Shown here: positions 29,488-42,398 of the stretch, piece by piece
Position numbering within the stretch: the first letter of the stretch is position 1
Layout: each line of letters opens with the position of its first letter
Assembly: GCA_964016885.1 (NCBI GenBank)
Contig: OZ024754.1
Span: 7,936,001-8,000,000 of the forward strand
Length of the DNA: 64,000 nucleotides
Direction of reading: 5' to 3'
DNA from: Eledone cirrhosa
Taxonomy: Eukaryota
The notes under the pieces: model-generated
The model's database searches: none
Seen by the model: the letters and a program-made list of their open reading frames with translations, nothing else
What the model was told of the DNA's origin: nothing
Made by a program: the position numbers and the translations under genes

Positions 29488-29844
29488 TTAAGTAAATGAC
29501 AGCAGTGGGCCAGAACACAGTTTTAAAATGTTTTATAGCTATTTTTTATTTCCTTTGCAGTTATAATAAAATAAAAACTGCCAGTTTTTACACAATAACT
29601 TATTTACTCAGAGATGTTATCTGCCTAGGACACGATTGCTAAGTAAATGTTTAATATGATGCAGTGTGTAAAAAAATGCTAGTTTAATATAATTATAGAT
29701 TTAGAAAATATCAAAGTCATAAAATCTGATAGTAGTTTAAACATTTCGACAACTTGTAATAAGATTATTTAATAAATGTACAATATTATAGTACAGGAGT
29801 AGATGTGGATATTTAGAAAATGTAAAAGAGAAACGAGAAACTAA

Positions 29845-30403
29845 ATAATTGTTTCTACTTTTAGTACAAAGCCAGCAATTATCCCTGTACATTACTGGTA
29901 CTTTATTTTATCGACCCTGTACAGATGACAAGCAGTGTTAACCCCGACTGGATTTGAACTTAGATCAAAAATGGCCGTAATTCTATGCTGCGAACATGGT
30001 GTCCGACCCTCTACCGATACTGCCAATCCACCACCAGAGAAAATAAATAATGGTTTCTACTTTAGACACAAGGCCAGCAAACACCCAGTGCATTACTGGT
30101 ACTTTATTTTATCGACCCCGTAAGGATGAAAGGCAAAGTCAACCTCGGCGGGATTTGAACTCAGATCATAAAGGGACGTAACAATGCTGGAAAGCATGGC
30201 GTCCGACCCTCTACCGATACTGCCAATCCACCGCCCAGAGAAACTAAATAATGGTTTCTAATATAGCCACAAGGTCAGCAATTTTGGGGGAGGGGAAAGT
30301 CGATTAAATCGACTCCAGTGCGTGACTGGTACTTTATTTTATCGACCCCGTAAGGATGAAAGACAAAGTTAACCTCGGCGGGATTTGAACTCAGATCATA
30401 AAG
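29845..30403 (-). mobile_element. three tandem SINE A copies (29845-30036, 30048-30237, 30250-30403)
   Basis: family A; GAGAAA(C/A)TAA recurs at each junction. Confidence 0.9.
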
Positions 30404-30769
30404 AGAGAAACTAAGCAGTAATAAATAAATAGATTTAGTGACAACGTCGATACATATATACAAATATTTCTTAATTTCTATTGCTCATTCTACGTGGAAA
30501 GCATTGTGTCTGGGATTCCCTACACAACATACTCTAGACTACTACTAAAGTTTGAAAAATTACCATTGTATCAGACCTGGGATGTATGTTAAATTCAGTC
30601 ATTGTCTTATTACATTGAACAAAGATGAGTAGAAAACATAACTTAGAAATAAAACTGGTGAATGCTCTATTATTCCTATATAGATAAGTCTATCTATTGT
30701 TATTCAAGTTCGCCCTTGAAGAAACATGTGTGCGAAAAATAAAATACATAACATTTTCAAATCAACTAT

Positions 30770-31092
30770 TCGTCTTTGCCTTTCATCCTTACGGGGTCGA
30801 TAAAATAAAGTACCAGTAATGCTGGTTAATTGCTGACCTTGTGCCAAAATTAGAAACAATTATTATTTGACCATATATGAGGGTGGTGGGTTGGCAGAGG
30901 GTCGGACGCCATGCTTTGCAGCATAGAGTTACGGCCCTTTATGATCTGAGTTCAAATCCCGCCGAGGTTAACTTTGCCTTTCATCCTTACGGGATCGATA
31001 AAATAAAGTACCAGTAACGTACTGGGAGTCGATTTAATCAACTTTCCCCTCCCCAAAATTACTGGCCTTGTGCCTATACTAGAAATTCTTAT
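30770..31092 (+). mobile_element. two tandem SINE A copies (truncated 30770-30863; near full-length 30881-31092)
   Basis: second copy flanked by TTATTATTTGACCATAT, which starts in the tail of the first. Confidence 0.9.
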
Positions 31093-31153
31093 TATTTGAC
31101 CATATCTCGAGAAAACAAGTGATCTTCAATAGTGATCTTCCGGTGCTTATACA

Positions 31154-31192
<39 letters not shown>

Positions 31193-31236
31193 AAAAAATG
31201 GCGTAGACATTGCAATGCAACAGGAGGAAACAATAG

Positions 31237-31280
31237 TACCACTGATGATGTCACAGATGTGTGATGAAAGCACTTTGATA
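31237..31280 (+). ncRNA. minimal type I hammerhead ribozyme motif (H6)
   Basis: TACCA-CTGATGA-T-GTCACA-GATG-TGTGAT-GAAAG-CA-CTT-TGATA: intact core, 6-bp stem II, 2-bp stem III, 4/5-bp stem I. Confidence 0.55.
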
Positions 31281-31476
31281 GACTATATCTATATATTTAT
31301 ATCTATATCTCTAAGCGTTGATCAATGAATGAGAAACATTGATTGTCAAATAAATTAACTATGGAGATAGAAAAGATACAGAAGCGAAAACCAATCCAAA
31401 CCAAACATTGAGTGTATTCTGTAATTATTTCTGGCAATATTATAACAATATGACCCTCCCCACGTATACCAATATT

Positions 31477-31644
<168 letters not shown>

Positions 31645-32753
31645 TAATTTTTCATAATAACCTATAAAAAACGGACTACCATTTCTTGACAGGGCTTGTC
31701 TTATAACTCTATGGAAACGAAAGTTAAGTAATAAATCTATAGATATTTCTGAATCGTGATTCTTCCTTCAAGAAACAATCAACTTGTTTCCGTTTGTAAC
31801 CACGGAGTAAATCAGATTTGACACGTTGATATTATAAACTTTTTCAGAAAACTTTCGTTGAATATTTCCAATTTTTATATCTATACAATCAATACTTCTT
31901 TTAATTATTCCTTAACAGAAAATAATTACGCAATAATTCTTCCTGTCATTCACCTTTCCGTATCTCTTCTATTCAAATTTAAAGGCAGACATTATCTTTC
32001 GTTTTAATTATGTTTGATAGGTTATGGTTTTGTCAACGGAAACTAAACAAAGCTTTAACACTCCGAAACAATTCAAAAAGTTTAAGACAAAATATATTAA
32101 ACAAATAATCGCTAGTTTTTAATAATTTAATTTTTTAAATGTAGACAGTTATAAAATGAACAAATATTTCTAGCTGAAATAAATTAATTTCCTTTACGCT
32201 GTCTATCTCCTCTGTTTGTATGAATGCAAAACTAAAGACGCGTAGACGAGCTCTTGGTTCTACAATATAAAATTGTTTACTGTGCAGTCTTTCAAACCTG
32301 GCTGCCTGTAATTATAACCCTGAAGAGGTGCTTACCAGAGTAAACAGGAATATTAAGGGAAATGTAAACAAATGTGAGGATTATATATATATATATATAT
32401 TTCGTCTTTAAATTTGTTTTGTGAAATTTCTTATCTGAAAACGTGTGTTGACAATAAAAACGCGCACCTTAAATTTATACACAATTTACATTCGTATGTA
32501 TACAAATATAGCTATATATATATATTATATATATATATTATATATATATATTACATAGTAGGGTAGTGGTCGCTGAATATTATACATTTGCTTCAGTTCG
32601 TAGATAGTATGGGTTTCATTTAGGTTTGTACCGTTCTATTTAAAAATATAACTATGAATTATATATATACACATGTGTGTATGTGTGTGTAAAATATTTA
32701 TATATATATATATGATATTAAATAAATGGAAACTATATTTATAAAACCATATT

Positions 32754-32819
32754 TATTTCGTTATATATATTTCAGGGATATCATATTAACAATATGCTAT
32801 GCCTTCTTCAGACAAAATA
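32754..32819 (-). ncRNA. type I hammerhead ribozyme, family H1 copy A
   Basis: TATTTTGT-CTGAAGA-AGGCATAGCATATTGTTAATATGATATCCCT-GAAATATATATA-ACGAAATA; 8-bp stem I, long stem II, palindromic stem III. Confidence 0.75.
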
Positions 32820-32894
32820 CAATATAAACAGTCTTATAAATAAATAGATACGACATACCTTTCAATCACCTTGCATTTGGGAGGTTGATTTGGT

Positions 32895-32950
<56 letters not shown>

Positions 32951-33017
32951 GATATTAAACAAATAAAACCATATTTATTTCATTATACATATTTCAGGGA
33001 TACCATATTAAAAATAT

Positions 33018-33076
<59 letters not shown>

Positions 33077-33116
33077 GATATTAAACAAATGGAAACTATA
33101 TTTATAAAACCATATT

Positions 33117-33182
33117 TATTTCATTATACATATTTCAGGGATACCATATTAAAAATATGGCATGCCTTCTTCAGATAAAATA
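33117..33182 (-). ncRNA. type I hammerhead ribozyme, family H1 copy B
   Basis: TATTTTAT-CTGAAGA-AGG-C-ATGCCATATT-TTT-AATATGGTAT-C-CCT-GAAATATGTATA-ATGAAATA. Confidence 0.75.
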
Positions 33183-33639
33183 CAATATATAAGCAGTTTT
33201 ATAAATAAATTTGACGTACCATAAAATATTGATCAACTTCCATTTAAAAAGGTTGGTTTGGTAGTATGTATGTATACATATAAATTGTCTGTATATTTCT
33301 CAATCCATATATGCATAATAGTACTACTACTACAACAACAAACAATTACAATGTAGAAATATAGAATTCAAATCTCCTACATTTATATCATATATATTTT
33401 ATATTCCGTCTCCTCAAATATGTTAATGTCTGATAACTTATGTCACAATTTCTAGATAAGATGAGAATAATCTTTAATGAAAGCCATCAGATAAAACGTT
33501 TCTCTTCTCTACAATATATATCATCATTAAATACTTTTTATTTCCTTTATCTTGTTGTTGCTACTGTTTGTTACTGCAGTATTTTATTCCATTTCTATTC
33601 CTTATCTTCTTGTTAGTCAACAGTTTTATTTCCATAGAA

Positions 33640-33730
33640 TGGACCTCTGTAGGTTTCGACGATGATCGCTGCACTTTTTTCGATCAATGGGACAGCCAGC
33701 TTAAGAAATTTACGTATAAGTGCCTGAGCG
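33640..33730 (-). mobile_element. diverged 3' fragment of SINE family C
   Basis: similar to 62810-62895 (..GATCAA..CAGCC.GCT..GAAATT.ACGT..AAGTG.CTGAGC). Confidence 0.5.
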
Positions 33731-33784
33731 TTTCGCTGTCACACACACACGCTCACACACATATATATATATATATATATATTG

Positions 33785-33920
33785 AAAAGATAACAAGGGT
33801 GATTGGTTACACCTTCATTACATTTATTGGTAGGTGACGCGCGTTTCACCACTGATCAGTTCAAGGTTCGAGCTGTATCGATGTTACCCGACTCTATAAT
33901 CGTCAGCTCGACGGAGCCTT
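33785..33920 (-). mobile_element. module family H5 copy
   Basis: minus strand ..TCGAACCTTGAACTGATCAGTGGT-GAAAC-GCGC-GTC-ACCT..AATAAA, between (TA)n tracts. Confidence 0.6.
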
Positions 33921-33951
33921 TAAAATTATATATATATATATATATATATAG

Positions 33952-34097
33952 TAATAATTGTTTCTACTTTAGGCACAAGGCCAGCAATTACCCAGTGCAT
34001 TACTGGTACTTTATTTTATCGACCCCGTAAGGATGAAAGGCAAAGTTAACCTCAGCGGGATTTGAACTCAGATCGTAAAGGGACATAACTATGCTGG
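33952..34097 (-). mobile_element. 5'-truncated SINE family A
   Basis: family A sequence. Confidence 0.9.
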
Positions 34098-34128
34098 TGA
34101 AGACTAAAATCCGAAGAGGGCTCGATAA

Positions 34129-34200
<72 letters not shown>

Positions 34201-34480
34201 TAAAACCGTAGAGCAAATATATATTGAAATAACAGATTAAAGTTTAAACAAAGAATCGCTGCTTACACCCTTAACGGGACCTTCAGAAGATCCCGTTAAG
34301 GGTTATTTTAATATATATATATATCGTTTTTCACAAAAACAATATAAAAAGTTATAATCATAGGTGGAGAGGATAAACAGTTCAACATAAAGTAATTTAT
34401 CATAAGCAAAACAAAAGGATATTATATATATATATATATACGATATTAATAAATGGAAACTATATTTATAAAACCATATT

Positions 34481-34545
34481 TATTTCATTATACATATTTC
34501 AGGGATACCATATTAAATTATGGTATGCCTTCATCAGACAAAATA
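34481..34545 (-). ncRNA. type I hammerhead ribozyme, family H1 copy C
   Basis: TATTTTGT-CTGATGA-AGG-C-ATACCATA-ATTTAA-TATGGTAT-C-CCT-GAAATATGTATA-ATGAAATA. Confidence 0.78.
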
Positions 34546-34835
34546 CAATATATAACAGTTTTACAAATAGCTTTGACGTACCCTTTTAAAATACAACCAT
34601 TACTTTTGGAGGCTGTCTGGATAGTGAATTGTTTATATTGTTTTAATAAGTCATAGTGTTAAGCACAATTAGAAAAAGACGGAGATAAAGAAAAAGAAAA
34701 AAGAAAAATAAATATGGTTTTATAAATATAGTTTCCATTTATTAATATCGTATATCTACTCCAAAAACTTGTCGAGTGCTTTATATCAGTTATAAAAATA
34801 TTTACTTGTATCCCAACAACTTTAAATAGAACTTT

Positions 34836-34878
<43 letters not shown>

Positions 34879-35142
34879 GGAAAAAATGAAACGAAATTTC
34901 ATTTCTCACTCTTAGTACGGCAGTTACTTAAATATAAGTATGTATACGTACATACATATATGTATACAGACGTACAGTAGTATGTATATATATATACATA
35001 CATGCACACATATATATATGTACGTATGGATTTACCGAACATTTATTATAATGGTCGTTTTTTTTTTGTAAACAAACATCCCGTATTAAGCCTACACTGT
35101 TTAGCAACCATCGTTGCCCTTTTATTCAATTCTGACAAAGGA

Positions 35143-35185
35143 ACGATGTACTAGTTTCAAGCTTATTAGCTATCGTCAGCACCGT
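35143..35185 (-). ncRNA. minimal type I hammerhead ribozyme, family H3
   Basis: ACGGTG-CTGACGA-T-AGCT-AATA-AGCT-T-GAAAC-TA-GTA-CATCGT; 6-bp stem I, palindromic ACTAGT stem III, GUA cleavage triplet; AATAAA downstream. Confidence 0.75.
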
Positions 35186-35253
35186 ATACCTTCCTGTCAG
35201 TGTTATATATATATATATCGTTGTCCTTTTGTTCAACACTGACAGGAAGGTAT

Positions 35254-35295
35254 ACGGTGCTGACGATAGCTAATAAGCTTGAAACTAGTACATTG
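35254..35295 (+). ncRNA. minimal type I hammerhead ribozyme, family H3 (inverted duplicate)
   Basis: ACGGTG-CTGACGA-TAGCTAATAAGCTT-GAAACTAGTA-CATTG. Confidence 0.7.
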
Positions 35296-35468
35296 ATCCT
35301 TGTATCTAGTACATCGATCCATATATATATATATATATATCTCCAGGGAGAGTAACGTGAAGTTACTGTAGGTTCACCCAGGTGAACACTCGACGCTTAG
35401 GTTCACGTCAGTGACGAGGTGAAGAGCTAAACAAAGTGTAATACAACAATATTCCAATATATAGTAAT

Positions 35469-35603
35469 CATTACAACAGCAGAGATCCGAGGAGCTTTTG
35501 ATTCCAGATCGATACAGATCGAACCTTGAGCTGATCAATCGCGAAACGCGCGTCACCAATCAATAAACGTAATGAAGAGTTAACAAATCGTCCTTGTATT
35601 ATT

Positions 35604-35605
<2 letters not shown>
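35469..35605 (+). mobile_element. module family H5 copy
   Basis: AGAT-CCGAGGA-GC...GC-GAAAC-GCGC-GTC-ACC, AATAAA, then (TA)n. Confidence 0.6.
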
Positions 35606-35638
<33 letters not shown>

Positions 35639-35641
<3 letters not shown>

Positions 35642-35783
35642 AAAGGTAAACACAAATAACGCAATCGGTACAGTATATGGAAGGAATATATTAGGTTAAC
35701 GCTTGAAATAGCAGGAAGAATGCCTTAACGTTTCCGACGCTAGTCCTTCAGCAGAAGAAAGAATAAGAAATAAAATAGATTGA
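35639..35783 (-). mobile_element. module family H4 with hammerhead-like motif (35723-35758)
   Basis: minus strand TCTT-CTGCTGA-AG-GAC-TAGC-GTC-G-GAAAC-GTT-AAGG. Confidence 0.6.
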
Positions 35784-36489
35784 ATGAACAAGCGGTTGTC
35801 CCAAAAAAATGTATACACATTTTGATTATCTGTACAGGCAACATTTATTAGAATGCATAGTCTTTCCCAAAAATATGATCTACAGACATAATTCAATTAT
35901 ATGTAAACCCCCAAACAATATATTCTAAAAGAGTAAATATTTCTTTGTCATATAGCTCCGTCTCCAAATCAATCTAACCTACTGAATTACACAGTATAGG
36001 AATAGATCAATCGATGGTATTTAATCGATAATAACTCACCATCTGGGCGAATATTTCTTTAGTCTGTTTTATAGTTCTATACCCAACGTATATTTGTCTT
36101 GCTGTCATCAGAATCAATAGAAGTGAAAAGGTTAAAAATATAGTTTAGTACACCTTTGTGTTGATACTTCGGCAAAAATCAAATCAAACTTTGAATTGAC
36201 ATTTTACGATAGAATTGAAAGAGAGGCAGAAATAACCTTATCAAAAATACAACCTGACATTTAATAATATTATATTCAATATGATACTCTTTAACTATAT
36301 ACATACTTTGGTTTCAGAAGAGGTGCAAAGATATTTTAATCACCGTCCACACTACCTGATTATTATATAATTGATAGTTAACGAGCTAACACTAAAGGTA
36401 GCACAGACAGAAGCAACTCAAGTAGGATTTGAACTGACGAATTGGAGAAATGCATATGTAATCTAGAGACCATTTCGGTTACTCTGACC

Positions 36490-37830
36490 TTTCGACTCCA
36501 AATATATATGTTTTGTGTCTGTCATTTGTTAGACCCAGATTATCTCTGATGAAGTAAAATTTATATTAAATTCTTTTCGACTCCAAATGTGTCAAATGTT
36601 TTATATGTCTGTCTTTTGTTAGACCCAGATTATCTCTGATGAAGTAAAATTTATATTAAATTCTTTTCGACTCCAAATGTGTCAAATGTTTTATATGTCT
36701 GTCTTTTGTTAGACCCAGATTATCTCTGATGAAGTAAAATTTATATTAAATTCTTTTCGACTCCAAATGTGTCAAATATTTTATATGTCTGTCTTTTGTT
36801 AGACCCAGATTATCTCTGAAGTAAAATTTATATTAAATTCTTTTCGACTCCAAATGTGTCAAATGTTTTATATGTCTGTCTTTTGTTAGACCCAGATTAT
36901 CTCTGATGAAGTAAAATTTATATTAAATTCTTTTCGACTCCAAATGTGTCAAATGTTTTATGTGTCTGTCTTTTGTTAGACCCAGATTATCTCTGATGAA
37001 GTAAAATTTATATTAAATTCTTTTCCACTCCAAATGTGTCAAATGTTTTATATGTCTGTCTTTTGTTAGACCCAGATTATCTCTGATGAAGTAAAATTTA
37101 TATTAAATTCTTTTCGACTCCAAATGTGTCAAATGTTTTATGTGTCTGTCTTTTGTTAGACCCAGATTATCTCTGATGAAGTAAAATTTATATTAAATTC
37201 TTTTCGACTCCAAATGTGTCAAATGTTTTATATGTCTGTCTTTTGTTAGACCCAGATTATCTCTGATGAAGTAAAATTTATATTAAATTCTTTTCGACTC
37301 CAAATGTGTCAAATATTTTATATGTCTGTCTTTTGTTAGACCCAGATTATCTCTGATGAAGTAAAATTTATATTAAATTCTTTTCGACTCCAAATGTGTC
37401 AAATATTTTATATGTCTGTCTTTTATTAGACCCAGATTATCTCTGATGAAGTAAAATTTATATTAAATTCTTTTCGACTCCAAATGTGTCAAATGTTTTA
37501 TGTGTCTGTCTTTTGTTAGACCCAGATTATCTCTGATGAAGTAAAATTTATATTAAATTCTTTTCCACTCCAAATGTGTCAAATGTTTTATGTGTCTGTC
37601 TTTTGTTAGACCCAGATTATCTCTGAAGTAAAATTTATATTAAATTCTTTTCGACTCCAAATGTGTCAAATGTTTTATGTGTCTGTCTTTTGTTAGACCC
37701 AGATTATCTCTGATGAAGTAAAATTTATATTAAATTCTTTTCCACTCCAAATGTGTCATATGTTTTATATGTCTGTCTTTTGTTAGACCCAGATTATCTT
37801 TGATAAATAAAATAATAATATTGAATTCGT
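36490..37830. repeat. 90-bp minisatellite, ~14.5 copies
   Basis: unit TTTTCGACTCCAAATGTGTCAAATGTTTTATATGTCTGTCTTTTGTTAGACCCAGATTATCTCTGATGAAGTAAAATTTATATTAAATTC; terminal copies diverged. Confidence 0.95.
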
Positions 37831-37896
37831 TTCAATCGTAATCAGTCCATCGTTTCTCTGACAGCATTCCGAGAACATTATTATAAAATAATTCTG

Positions 37897-38088
37897 GGCG
37901 GTGGATAGGCATTATCGGTAGAGGGTCGGACGCCATGCTTTGCATCATAGAGTTTCGGCCCTTTATGGTCTGGGTTCAAATCCCGCCGAGGTTAAATTTA
38001 CCTTTCATCCTTATAGGTTCGATAAAATAAAGTACCAGTAATGCATTGGGATAATTGCTAGCCTTGTGCCAAAAGTAGAAACAATTAT
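37897..38088 (+). mobile_element. full-length SINE family A
   Basis: family A; TSD ATTATTATAAAAT. Confidence 0.9.
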
Positions 38089-38477
38089 TATAAAATTCGA
38101 CGTTCTGTTATTCTTAGGATGATGACATTTTAATAGTGTGTTTCTTCCAGAAGATAAACCAACAACTTACCAGCTAAATCGTTGACTTGTATGTTTGACC
38201 TATAGAATTTCATTTCATGCTACAGTATTCTATCTAGATTATATCCTTCAGTTATTTCTGGTGCTACATACAAATACAGATATGATTATACTTCGATACG
38301 ATATTGCTCTTCTTTGTACTGCAATACATATTTAAATATAAAATTTCGTAAACTCAAAAGAATTACACACAGGCAGTGTGATTATTGAAACCAATAAGAG
38401 AATAAAGACATTTTAAAATGGCTTCCTTCCAGTGGAGATGGAATTATTGCTAAAGGGAAGGTATTAGACATGAAGTT

Positions 38478-38792
38478 AACTCATCATCACAGACGTGAAC
38501 CCTTCGTTTCCTAACAACTCATGATCACAGACTATGATGTGAGCCCTTCGGTTCCTAACAACTCATGCTCACAGACTATGACGTGAGCCCTTCATTTCCT
38601 AACAATTCATCATCACAGACTATGACCTGAGCCCTTCTTTTTCTAACAAATGATCACATACTATGACTGAGTCCTTCGTTTCCTAACAACTCATGCTCTC
38701 AGACAATGACGTGAGCCCTTCGTTTCCTAACAACTCATGATCACAGACTATGACGTGAGCCCTTCGTTTCCTAACAACTCATGATCACAGAC
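38478..38792. repeat. 44-bp minisatellite, ~7 copies
   Basis: unit CACAGACTATGACGTGAGCCCTTCGTTTCCTAACAACTCATGAT. Confidence 0.92.
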
Positions 38793-39574
38793 AAACCGTT
38801 TCCCCAAAACAGACTGAATTGATAATAATTGGCGAAGCTATGTTTTAACAAGAGATAATTAATAGATACCTCCAGAGAAGAGTTACTAGTTAAAATGTAG
38901 AGAAATGGACGACATAAGTCAATATATAATCGGTTATCTAATGTTATGACTAATTTAACTTTCTTGCCACATTTGTCAGCACGAGCTATAAACCTATTCT
39001 AGCTAAACTATCTTGTCAGACCAAGAAAAACCAATATTTAAGAGAGAAAATTGCAGACGATAGATGCTTGGAAAGCAGTCTATCGGGAGAAATAATATGG
39101 AATTCATATTGTAGTAGCCCGGGAAATGTTTAACCAATGATTTGAAAGAATGTACAAGCAAAACATATCTGGAAACTTTGCAAAACGACAAAGAAGGATA
39201 ATATCGGATTTGAAGGAGGAAAATGATTGTGATTTAAAATATGAAGATTAAAAAATATATATTTGTATTTAAATACCTGTGATTCTATTTATAAGAGTCT
39301 CTGGACTTTAATCCAAGATTGATCAGGAGAAATTTCTTTGAATTTCATTAACAGACATACAAACACACTTCATACATATATACACACATACAGGCACATA
39401 TATATATACATAAATGGAATGGGAAAAGAATACATTGAAAATGTGTCGTTAAACGAGTGAATGTCTAACTTATCCATGTTATAAAATAAAACCATTATTG
39501 GATTACTTCTATGAATTTCTACTTGACTATTACACTATCATTTAACAGACAACCATTAGTTTTATACTATTACA

Positions 39575-40495
39575 ACCATACTATCACAACCACACTATCG
39601 CAACCACACTATCGCAACCACACTATCGCAACCACACTATCGCAACGACACTATCGCAACGACACTATCGCAACGACACTATCGCAACCACACTATCACA
39701 ACGACACTATCGCAACGACACTATCGCAACGACACTATCGCAACGACACTATCGCAACGACACTATCGCAACGACACTATCACAACGACACTATCACAAC
39801 GACAGTATCATAACGACACTATCACAACCACACTATCACAACCACACTATAACAACCACACTATTATAACCACACTATTATAGCCACACTATTATAGCCA
39901 TACTATTATAACCACACTATTATAACCACACTATTATAACCCCACTATGACAACCCCACTATGACAACTCCACTATGACAACCCCACTATGACAACCCCA
40001 CTATGACAACCCCACTATCACAGCCACATTCTTATAACGACACTATCACAACCACACTATCACAACCACACTATCACAACCACACTATCACAACCACACT
40101 ATCACAACCACACTATTACAACCACACTATTACAACCACACTATCACAACCACACTATCACAACCACACTATCACAACCACACTATCACAACCACACTAT
40201 CACAACCACACTATAACAACCACACTATCACAACCACACTATTACAACCACACAATTACAACCACACTATAACAACCACACTATCAGAACCACACTATCA
40301 GAACCACACTATCACAACCACACTATCAGAACCACACTATCACAACCACACTATCACAACCACACTATCACAACCACACTATCACAACCACACTATCACA
40401 ACCACACTATCAGAACCACACTATCACAACCACACTATCACAACCACACTATCACAACCACACTATTACAACCACACTATCACAACCACACTATT
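39575..40495. repeat. 14-bp minisatellite (CAACCACACTATCA and variants), ~65 copies
   Basis: directly visible; variants occur in blocks. Confidence 0.95.
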
Positions 40496-40800
40496 AATCT
40501 CCACATTATCATAATGTTATCCATGTTAATAGTATAACCATATTATTCTCTAATGGAAAGGTGGAATATTTAATGGAATATTTAATTTATTACCACATAA
40601 ATCTAAAACAGAAAATGGGAAATTGCTGAGTTGAAACTAATGAGATGCGATAAAATTAAGAAAGTTTATGAGTTTTAATTTGTCTTATGATTATCTATCG
40701 AATATAAAGAGAAGACGACATTGGTGTTGGAGTGATCCAATATACTTTACACAGAGGCTGTGTGTAAAGTGATGTATACATTCGTGTGCGGATGTGTGTT

Positions 40801-40845
<45 letters not shown>

Positions 40846-41310
40846 ATAAAGAAAGAGAGATAGTGGGAGAGAGAGAGAGAGGTGGGTCTATTTCGTGTAG
40901 ATGCTTGTTTGTTTGTGTTTATGGTCGGTAATTCTTTGAGGTTAGTATTTATGATATGGTTTTGTGGTTTTCTTATACAAAAACAGGAAATATCTAATTG
41001 ACGTTAACACGCTAGACACTATTCTGTATGCAAAATAAACTGTAATTTATGTAATTTAAAAGAACTGCTTTAAATGTACTGTGGCATGTATGTCTTGTTT
41101 ATTTGATAGCTTTCCTGTCAATAATCATTCAATGCAATTATATATATATACACACACGCAAACATATGTGTATATATATATATATATATATACATGCACA
41201 CATATGTGTGTATATATATATATAGACACACACGCACATATATGTGTGTATATATATATAGGCACACACGCACATATATATATATGTGTATATATATATA
41301 GACACACATT

Positions 41311-41350
<40 letters not shown>

Positions 41351-41526
41351 TACACAAACACATACATATATATATAGACATATATACATGTATATATATA
41401 TATATAGACATACACAAACATATATATATATATATATAGAGACACACATATACATGTATATATATATATAGACACACATATATATATATATAGACATACA
41501 CAAACACATATATAGACACACATATG

Positions 41527-41564
<38 letters not shown>

Positions 41565-42058
41565 AGTATATAGAGAGAAAGTATGGCTGAATAAAAGTAC
41601 TTTGTGTTTGTACATGTAATACTGCTTTTATATTAATGTTTGTCGACAAAAGCAGCAATGAAAAGTTTCCGGTTTTATGTTTTTTATATCAATTTCTTTC
41701 CTTTTTTATATATTTATATATATATATATATATGTATTTGTATGTAAGTGTATGTATTTGTATGTATGTGTATGTATGTGTGTATATATATATATGTGTG
41801 TGTATTTATGTCTGTGTATATGTGTGTATGTGTGTGTGTGTATATATATGTGTGTGTGTATATGTGTGTGTGTATATATATGTGTGTGTATATGTGTGTG
41901 TATTTATGTCTGTGTATATGTGTATATATGTGTGTGTATATGTGTGTGTGTATATATATGTGTGTGTGTATATATATGTGTGTGTATATGTGTGTGTATA
42001 TATGTGTGTGTGTGTGTGTATATGTGTGGGTACGTGTGTATATATATACACACACAGA

Positions 42059-42248
42059 TAATTGTTTCTACTTTAGGCACAAGGCCAGCAATTAACCAGT
42101 ACATTACTGATAGTTTATTTTATCGACCCCGTAATGATGAAAGGCAAAGGTAACCTCGGCGCGATTTGAACTCAGAATGGCAAGGGGCGTAACTCTATGC
42201 GTCAAAGCATGGCGTCCGGCCCTCTACCGATACTGCCAATCCACAGCC
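42059..42248 (-). mobile_element. SINE family A in repeat unit 1 (copies at ~46157-46345 and ~50067-50256)
   Basis: family A; TSD ACACACAGATAAT. Confidence 0.9.
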
Positions 42249-42275
42249 ATACACACAGATAATGATCGCTATATA

Positions 42276-42323
<48 letters not shown>

Positions 42324-42362
42324 TATATGAGAAAAACCATAGACCCTCCATCTCAACTCTAA

Positions 42363-42398
42363 TTTTGAGAAGCAGAAGAACTACGAAACTGGTAAAAG
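42363..42398 (+). ncRNA. hammerhead family H2 (U3-A8 core); copies at 46461-46496 and 50371-50406
   Basis: TT-TTGAGAA-GCAG-AAGAA-CTAC-GAAAC-TG-GTA-AAAG, then AATAAA and (TA)n. Confidence 0.55.

Noticed and set aside
32318-32359. hammerhead-like CCCTGAAGAGGTGCTTACC..AAAC..GGG
   Set aside because: GAAA and stem III not intact; single copy
33568-33837. 89-aa ORF with hydrophobic N-terminus
   Set aside because: made of T-rich sequence, a SINE C remnant, a microsatellite and an H5 module
38478-38792. hammerhead in the minus strand of the 44-bp repeat (GAAACG..CGTC)
   Set aside because: no CUGANGA core, no stem I or II
39511-40272. TTLSQPHYHNHT repeat ORFs
   Set aside because: translation of a 14-bp minisatellite (unit not a multiple of 3), interrupted by stops
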